Of a DNA stretch of 16,006 nt, positions 1 to 5,350 are shown piece by piece. The notes below the pieces were generated by a model. It was not told where the DNA came from. It made no database searches and saw nothing but the letters and a program-made list of their open reading frames with translations. Position 1 is the first letter of the stretch. Every line of letters starts with the position of its first letter. Source of the stretch: a candidate division FCPU426 bacterium (GTDB lineage Bacteria > Oederibacteriota > JAAXVQ01 > JAUVAV01); NCBI GenBank assembly GCA_030637655.1, contig DAOWGI010000008.1, positions 1-16,006 on the forward strand, given 5' to 3'. Position numbers and translations under genes: made by a program.

Positions 1-1008
1 CGGATCCAAGACTTTTAACTCCACCGGGCCTGAGTGCGGAGTTTTGTAATAAATAAGCAACTCACGATCCTGCTTCCGCCGAAACTGCTTCCGATTCAGA
101 AAAATGCTCCCTTTCATCTCCGGAACCGGCAAATAGAACAAACGAATATCATCCACAAAAGCTTGTGTCTTATAAGTATAGACCCCGACTTTACCGCTAC
201 CGATTATAGAATCGGTCAGCATACGGATCTCGCGTCCGTTCAATTTTAGTGTAATCCGGTCTCCATAACAGGCTACACTCAACGTATGCCATTGATCCGT
301 GGTATTGGTCAGCGGTAGAATCATTAACATTTGTTCGTTTTTTTTGCCTGTGCGCCCGGTCGCCGAGGCTACGGTAGTACTACCCTGGCTGCTGGGCAAC
401 ACATTCACAATTTCCGGAGTACACCTCAGCAACGCCACATTGGCCGCCGTAATTCTATACTTATAGTAATAATCGGCTTTCTCTTGGCGGAAGATTAAAC
501 CCATTTGCCAATTCCGTGTTTTTTGTTCAAAAGAATCAGCCCTTAATTTAGCTGAAAATTCAAAGTTTACTAATTTATTCCTACTTACCAGGTATTGAAA
601 ATTACGTTTTACCAGCTTTTGGCGCAATACTTTGTTTCCCGGATGTTCAGGTTCAAAAGTGATCTCCCATTGGCCGGAGACAGGTTCCCAAAATTTAGGC
701 ATCTGCTTATTCCTGGGATCCTGAAAATCCCAAACACGCTTAATGGACTTGGTAAAATCTTCGAGTTCCAGCTTAATTTTCTTGGCTGCTTTTGATTTTT
801 TGGCCTTGCCTGACTTGGTTTTTCCAGTTTTAACTTTGGTGACGCTTGCTTTTTTTCGGACCAAATCCTTATTGGCAGCTGCCCCTTTATTTTCCGAGCT
901 GTTAGCAGGAGTAACCATCCCCCCACAAAATAAGGAAAACACAAAAAAAACGAGTAGACCCAGGTATACAAAACCCTGCTTTTTCAAAACCACTGCTTGG
1001 TTTGCCAT
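1..1008 (-). CDS. Exported protein (3'-truncated by window edge): N-terminal signal/TM segment, Lys-rich linker, DUF1080/LamG-like jelly-roll domain, probable start of a FlgD-Ig-like domain
   Basis: Manual translation gives an open frame from ATG at 1008 (GGGGGA RBS just upstream) to base 1, 336 codons: MANQAVVLKKQGFVYLGLLVFFVFSLFCGG...KTGKTKSGKAKKSKAAKK...WEPVSGQWEI...QMGLIFRQEKADYYY...DQWHTLSVACYGDRITLKLNG...GSGKVGVYTYKTQAFVDDIRL...IYYKTPHSGPVELKVLDP. The WHTL/G-I-NG/GKVG/F-DI pattern is DUF1080-like. The track misses it because no stop lies in the window. Confidence 0.8.
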   Translation of the reverse strand, partial: MANQAVVLKKQGFVYLGLLVFFVFSLFCGGMVTPANSSENKGAAANKDLVRKKASVTKVKTGKTKSGKAKKSKAAKKIKLELEDFTKSIKRVWDFQDPRNKQMPKFWEPVSGQWEITFEPEHPGNKVLRQKLVKRNFQYLVSRNKLVNFEFSAKLRADSFEQKTRNWQMGLIFRQEKADYYYKYRITAANVALLRCTPEIVNVLPSSQGSTTVASATGRTGKKNEQMLMILPLTNTTDQWHTLSVACYGDRITLKLNGREIRMLTDSIIGSGKVGVYTYKTQAFVDDIRLFYLPVPEMKGSIFLNRKQFRRKQDRELLIYYKTPHSGPVELKVLDP

Positions 1009-1047
1009 AGGTCCCCCTTATATTGACATAGAATATTGGAAGATATA

Positions 1048-1076
1048 ATTGTAACGGGATTTTCACCGGCTGTCAA
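1048..1076 (-). promoter_or_regulatory. sigma70-type promoter for the 1..1008 gene
   Basis: Minus strand TTGACA (1076-1071), 17 nt, TACAAT (1053-1048), about 40 nt upstream of ATG 1008. Confidence 0.7.
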
Positions 1077-1091
1077 TGGAACACTCCGGTA

Positions 1092-1145
1092 CTCAGTAAG
1101 CTCAGTAAGCTATCAGTCATAGTATTAACATGACTGATAGCTTAC
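1092..1145. repeat. Perfect 16-bp inverted repeat preceded by a 9-bp tandem duplication
   Basis: GTAAGCTATCAGTCAT (1105-1120), 9-nt spacer, ATGACTGATAGCTTAC (1130-1145). CTCAGTAAG occurs twice at 1092-1109. Confidence 0.85.
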
Positions 1146-1322
1146 CGTGGTCTAATCATTTTTTCGCTGCCTATAGGAATGGGGTATACAATGTCTCTTC
1201 CTATTCCCAAAAACTTTATATGTTTTGTTTACCCTAGAAGAATAAAACATGCTATATTTATAAAAAACATAGTGGAAGCTATAGGAAATGCTTTTCCTAC
1301 ACAATGAATTGATGAGGAAAAT

Positions 1323-1739
1323 ATGAGTCTGGATATTAAGGCACTACAGCAAGCTGTGACCACTTTGGAACAAGCCATAAAATTGCATAAGAAACATCAA
1401 AAAGACGAACCGGAATTGGTTTTGGCTTTACGTGATTCTATCATTCAGAGGTTTGAATATACCTATGAACTTGCCTGGAAATATATGCAACGTTGGATTT
1501 CCAATAATATTAATCCTGAATCTGCTGAACCGGTCTATTCCCGCAAAGAGATGTACCGGTTTGCTGCTCGTTGGGGATTAATTGAAGATCCCCTGCGTTG
1601 GTTTAACTATCATGAAGCGCGTAATATCTCTGCCCATACTTATGCTGAATCCACCGCCCAAAAGGTCTATACAGCAGCAGTAGCCATGGTTCCTGATGTT
1701 TTACATTTGATCGATGAATTGAAAAAGCGAAATGATTGA
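1323..1739 (+). CDS. HEPN-domain RNase toxin / nucleotidyltransferase substrate-binding protein, HI0074 family
   Basis: LRDSIIQRFEYTYELAWK N-terminal motif and RNISAHTY (RX4HXY) HEPN motif. GAGGA RBS. Overlaps the downstream MNT gene. Confidence 0.9.
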   Translation: MSLDIKALQQAVTTLEQAIKLHKKHQKDEPELVLALRDSIIQRFEYTYELAWKYMQRWISNNINPESAEPVYSRKEMYRFAARWGLIEDPLRWFNYHEARNISAHTYAESTAQKVYTAAVAMVPDVLHLIDELKKRND

Positions 1740-2025
1740 TCTACAGCCTGATTATCTTAACCAAGTGCGACAGATTCTGCAGCAATATATTCCTGGCCAT
1801 AAAGTTTGGGCGTACGGTTCGCGTGTCCAGGGGCAAGCACATCCATATTCTGATTTTGACTTAGCTATTATCAGCACATCGCCTGTGAACGATAGCACCA
1901 TGTCAAAAATCAAAGAAACCTTCGCACAATCTGATCTGCCTATCATGATCGATATTCGTGATTGGCATGAGTTATCAAAACATTTCAGGAATATAATCCA
2001 ATCCAACTACGAAGTACTTCAATAA
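1732..2025 (+). CDS. Minimal nucleotidyltransferase (MNT) antitoxin, HI0073/MntA-like
   Basis: VWAYGSRVQGQAHPYSDFDLAI matches the GS-x10-DxD Pol-beta NTase motif. 97 aa, 8-nt overlap with the HEPN gene. Confidence 0.9.
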   Translation: MIDLQPDYLNQVRQILQQYIPGHKVWAYGSRVQGQAHPYSDFDLAIISTSPVNDSTMSKIKETFAQSDLPIMIDIRDWHELSKHFRNIIQSNYEVLQ

Positions 2026-2275
2026 TAAGCGGTTTATCGATTTGGTTCTTCTGTAATTGATAACTTACTGCGCTCAACATTATTCCCCTTACACAGCATT
2101 CCGTATGCTTAAATACCGCTGTTGCCATTTTTTCCATTTTTCCCTTTTCTGTTCTAGCCTCAACTGCCTTGCTTTGTATTGCCTAAATGCCATTTCCATG
2201 CCTGCACTTACTATGGCATTGCCGGCAGGCAATCCTTTTTTCGTTTTCTGTGTCGCAATAAAGTATTTTTTACCC

Positions 2276-2312
2276 TTGATAATTTATTTTTAATATATTA
2301 ATATTAATATAT
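2276..2312 (+). promoter_or_regulatory. Promoter with overlapping 20-bp palindromic operator for the HigBA-like operon
   Basis: TTGATA (2276-2281), 17 nt, TAATAT (2299-2304). The perfect palindrome ATATATTAATATTAATATAT (2293-2312) covers the -10. Confidence 0.55.
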
Positions 2313-2330
2313 CGTCGAAAGGTCGTTACT

Positions 2331-2606
2331 ATGGAATGGGAAATATATGAACATCGTAACATTGCTAAAATCATCAAGAAGCTTCCAATAGCTATTGTCA
2401 AAAAGTATGACTATTGGAAGAATCTGATGTCAGTATACGGCCCCGATATTCTGCGAGGTCGTATTGGACTACATGACGAGAAGTTGAAAGGCGAAAGAAA
2501 ACATCAACGGTCATCCAGGTTAAGTTTGCAATACAAGGTTGTTTATGAAGTTCATAACAATGAGGTTATTGTATATGTGATTGATATTACAGCACATAAA
2601 TATTAA
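2331..2606 (+). CDS. RelE-superfamily mRNA interferase toxin (HigB-like, toxin-first arrangement)
   Basis: 91 aa basic protein with LHDEKLKGER..RSSRLSLQYKVVYEV and C-terminal HKY, typical of RelE/HigB. Directly upstream of an XRE HTH gene. Confidence 0.8.
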   Translation: MEWEIYEHRNIAKIIKKLPIAIVKKYDYWKNLMSVYGPDILRGRIGLHDEKLKGERKHQRSSRLSLQYKVVYEVHNNEVIVYVIDITAHKY

Positions 2607-2647
2607 TTTAATAAGAGCGCCAAGCGATAACAAGAAAGGAGAGCGCC

Positions 2648-2920
2648 ATGTTAAACAAAAAGAATTTTGTACCGGCTAAAAGTTACGTGAAATTAACTAC
2701 CGGGGATGTAGTAAAAATATTAAGAGAGTGGCAAGAATGGTCACGGAATGATCTTGCTAAACATTCCGGCATTAATATCAACAATATAAGTCTGATCGAA
2801 AACGATAAAATCGAAATCGGCAAACGGCGGGCAATAGCACTCGGGAAAGCTTTTAAGGTTCATCCGGCTATGATTATGTTTCCCGATTTTTGCTCACGTT
2901 CGATAAAAAAAGCTGCTTAA
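2648..2920 (+). CDS. XRE-family helix-turn-helix antitoxin (HigA-like)
   Basis: GDVVKILREWQEWSRNDLAKHSGININNISLIENDKIEIGKRRAIALGKAFKVHPA is an HTH_XRE. AAAGGAG RBS. Follows the RelE toxin. Confidence 0.85.
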   Translation: MLNKKNFVPAKSYVKLTTGDVVKILREWQEWSRNDLAKHSGININNISLIENDKIEIGKRRAIALGKAFKVHPAMIMFPDFCSRSIKKAA

Positions 2921-3055
2921 TAGTGTGGTTGTAACCCATCAGTCATGTTCGGGTTTGTGACAAAATAACATAGACATTAATTAGTTTGGTTTAATCGTGT
3001 AGTTCCACTCACTATTCACCTAGTGTCATGTCTCACAAGTACTTGGAATTTATAT

Positions 3056-3261
3056 TTTGTCATACCCGCATGTAGTTAGCGGGTATCCAGGGAATTTTCA
3101 ATACTTATAAAACAAGCTTTTTCTGGATTCGTCCCCGAATGTTTTTAAGATGAACGTCAATATTATATTCCTCTCATCTCCATACTTGATCGGGGATAAA
3201 AGCACTCGGGCTGCGTTAGCGTCCCAAAGATCGATATCTTTTCCGGTCGGGTAATGACAAA
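3056..3261. repeat. Composite REP/MITE-like element with imperfect terminal inverted repeats and nested hairpins
   Basis: Left end TTTGTCATACCCG versus right end CGGGTAATGACAAA (1-nt indel). Internal pairs: ATACCCGC/GCGGGTAT (3062-3069/3079-3086), ATCCAG/CTGGAT (3085-3090/3123-3128), TCCCCGA/TCGGGGA (3132-3138/3190-3196). Confidence 0.65.
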
Positions 3262-3405
3262 CAAAAAAATACTCCACTGACATATTACGATTATGTGTTT
3301 TTTAATTGTTTTTTTGGATTTTGTTCAGTAGGATTGATGGTAAATAGTGGCTATTCCGACAAGGCGGCCGCCTTGAACCGGTACATACACTTTACAAAGA
3401 CCTTT

Positions 3406-3700
3406 CTATAAAATATCCGCAATCGGCAAGATTTGTTTGACATGACGAATAGTTAGAATTGCTATTCTGCGCTTTTCAATCCTATAAATGATACGATAAT
3501 TTCCGTAAATCATTTCTCTGATATCTTCGCGCCTCATTTCCGAAAGTTTTCGGCCGCTATTGGGAAATTTACTAAGTTTTTAGATGCTGCCGAATACGTA
3601 AATCACCCATTTTTTTTGCCGCTATAGGATCATCTTCCTGAATGTATTCTGCAATTTCTTCCAGTCTTTCTATTGCCAGCGGAGACCAGATAATTTTCAT
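3406..3700 (-). pseudogene. RelE/ParE-family toxin pseudogene (frameshift plus nonsense)
   Basis: ATG at 3700 overlaps the antitoxin stop (ATGA). Reads MKIIWSPLAIERLEEIAEYIQEDDPIAAKK, then after removing one A from an A8 run (3610-3617) WVIYVFGSI*KLSKFPNSGRKLSEMRREDIREMIYGNYRIIYRIEKRRIAILTIRHVKQILPIADIL*. In-frame TAA at 3580-3582. Span is 295 nt (3n+1). Confidence 0.9.
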
Positions 3701-3978
3701 TTATTGAATTTTTCAAGGATGTGTTTTTTAGCCGTATAGTGGGATACACCTTTGCCTTCATGAATCTGAGTTGCCGCCAAATGAATATCTTGTAGAAGTT
3801 CAAGTTTCTCTAATAGAACCTCATATTCACAAACATCCATAAGAATTGCGGCGCTTTTTCCGTGATTGGTAATAACGAGAGGTCTCTTGGTTTTATGAAC
3901 TTGTTCGATAAATGAGGTCGCTTTGGAACGAAATTCCGAAATGGGTTTTATATCTTTGTCCAATTCAACCCTTTGCAT
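3697..3978 (-). CDS. Phd/YefM family antitoxin
   Basis: IKPISEFRSKATSFIEQVHKTKRPLVITNHGKSAAILMDV is a Phd/YefM N-terminal domain. GGAGGAG RBS at 3986-3992. Coupled to the ParE-like pseudogene. Confidence 0.9.
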   Translation of the reverse strand: MQRVELDKDIKPISEFRSKATSFIEQVHKTKRPLVITNHGKSAAILMDVCEYEVLLEKLELLQDIHLAATQIHEGKGVSHYTAKKHILEKFNK

Positions 3979-3993
3979 AATATTACTCCTCCA

Positions 3994-4054
3994 ATACTAT
4001 ATTTGATACTATATTTGGTACAATAATGGTACCAAACATAGTATTTTTTATCAA
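3994..4054 (-). promoter_or_regulatory. Promoter and operator repeats of the phd-parE module
   Basis: TTGATA (4054-4049), 17 nt, TGn-TACCAT (4031-4026). 16-bp IR with 1 mismatch (4006-4021/4029-4044) plus tandem 12-bp DR ATACTATATTTG (3994-4005, 4006-4017). Confidence 0.65.
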
Positions 4055-4125
4055 ATTGAAAGCAAAACCAAATCCACCAGCTGAATGGCAAAACCCCTGC
4101 CGACAATCCCATTATTTTGTCATTA

Positions 4126-4161
4126 GTAGGGGCACGGCAGACCGCCGCGTTGCCCCCTACA
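4126..4161. repeat. GTAG-family REP-like palindrome
   Basis: GTAGGGGCA...TGCCCCCTAC. Same family as 9315-9364 and 14913-14957. Lies just after the lipoprotein stop codon. Confidence 0.7.
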
Positions 4162-4170
4162 GGATAAATT

Positions 4171-5238
4171 TCAATCAGAATCTCGGCTTGCCGGCTTCAG
4201 CACTTCTTTTACCTGTTCAAAATATTTTTTCCAGGGCTGACCCAATTGCTGCGCTGCATATAAATAATCCCGGCCGGCTTGTTCGTACTCTCCTTCCAAT
4301 TCACGCAAAACACCCAGATTGGCGCGTGCCTCTGGACGATTAGGATTTAAGGCCTGAGCTTGCAGCCAATAATTACCTGCCAAGTGCCAGTTGTTTTTAT
4401 ACGCAGCCGTAGTACCCTGGCGAATAAAATCAGCATATTTACCAATATCTTCCGCAACAGCCAGTTGGCGAATTCTTGCTACTCGGCGCGGCAGCACTTC
4501 CTGCAACAAGCGTTCGCCTAAGGCATCAATAAATTTTCGCAACAGTACTTCATCCGCTTCGCGATTCCCTTGTATAATCCCGCCTTCTTCAATAGTGGTT
4601 TTCACGGATTTGTGAAAATGTGTTTTCTCTTCCCATAAAACAAATCCTGCTTCGATCAGCACTAGACGGGCATGCGCTTGAACCTGTACCAAACGGTGAA
4701 TGGTTTCTTGTACGACATCCACAAAAATCGGGATGGACTTCCATATGGTTCTGGTGTTTCCCAGCGCATCTATCACCATCTGCGCTTCTTTTTGCACACC
4801 TTTTTGCCGCACTACTGTTTTATAGGTAGAATATTTTTTTATTTGTGCAGCCGTGAGATCACCAAACAAGATGGCATCTGCGTTCAATTTTTCCCCCAAT
4901 TGTTTGAGCACTGACCTCTCAGCAAATCGACTGCGCGGTATACGCATTTCACGAAACGCTGCGCGCGAAATCTCAACCGGAACCATATCCAAACGCGCTC
5001 TGGTTCTGAGTTTAGCAGTAATGCTTTGCGCCAACCTGATCCCTTGTTCCGGCCGATTATGAAAAACCATGGAAAAATCCAGTACTGCCATGCGTTTTAT
5101 CTTGGTCAGATCAATTTTCCCCGGAACTTGCGCTGTGAATTGCACACGCCGCTGTATGCCAACACAACCGGTGATAATAAAAAAAGTATTTAAAATAATA
5201 ATAAAACACGTTAAGTCTGTTATTTTTTTATAATTCAT
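4171..5238 (-). CDS. Putative lipoprotein with CsgG/TolB-N-like alpha/beta domain and C-terminal TPR
   Basis: The likely start MNYKK (5238) gives a basic N-terminus, hydrophobic stretch and lipobox ITG-C. IKRMAVLDF and LGEKLNADAILFG resemble CsgG/FlgO-type domains. AGNYWLQAQALNPNRPEARANLGVLRELEGEYEQA is TPR-like. The track start at 5286 is probably over-extended. Confidence 0.65.
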   Translation of the reverse strand: MNYKKITDLTCFIIILNTFFIITGCVGIQRRVQFTAQVPGKIDLTKIKRMAVLDFSMVFHNRPEQGIRLAQSITAKLRTRARLDMVPVEISRAAFREMRIPRSRFAERSVLKQLGEKLNADAILFGDLTAAQIKKYSTYKTVVRQKGVQKEAQMVIDALGNTRTIWKSIPIFVDVVQETIHRLVQVQAHARLVLIEAGFVLWEEKTHFHKSVKTTIEEGGIIQGNREADEVLLRKFIDALGERLLQEVLPRRVARIRQLAVAEDIGKYADFIRQGTTAAYKNNWHLAGNYWLQAQALNPNRPEARANLGVLRELEGEYEQAGRDYLYAAQQLGQPWKKYFEQVKEVLKPASRDSD

Positions 5239-5350
5239 TATGAATTCATTCATCCTTGTGCATCCATGGCTTATTAGGGGGCGCACTCCCCGTCTGGAAG
5301 CATTATTAAAAAGTCGGGATACCTTCCAGGCTCAGTTAACCTCTACACGT

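Noticed and set aside
34..1048. Track ORFs 34..249, 595..795, 609..971 and 743..1048
   Set aside because: They are shadow or alternative frames of the real minus-strand gene 1..1008.
2057..2293. 78-aa plus-strand ORF, and a 36-aa minus-strand ORF (MEMAFRQYKARQ...) in the same spacer
   Set aside because: No RBS or recognisable family. The plus ORF is Cys/Phe-rich like non-coding sequence and runs into the next promoter.
3098..3283. 61-aa minus-strand ORF
   Set aside because: It lies across the nested repeat element and has no protein motif.
3275..3302. Possible Xer/dif-like site (GACATA..TTATGT)
   Set aside because: Spacer length and XerD arm (TTATGTGTTTT) do not fit the 11-6-11 consensus.
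3610..3617. Programmed frameshift or phase variation restoring the ParE toxin
   Set aside because: A +1 shift would be needed rather than the usual -1, and an in-frame TAA follows nine codons later.
4056..4101. GCAAAACC twice, superficially like a cyclic-di-GMP-I (GEMM) riboswitch
   Set aside because: No GNRA-capped P2 stem or P1 pairing, and no downstream gene on that strand.
1100..4160. Integron cassette array or CRISPR array explaining the TA cluster
   Set aside because: No integrase, no clear RYYYAAC/GTTRRRY attC pairs, mixed gene orientation, and no regularly spaced identical repeats.
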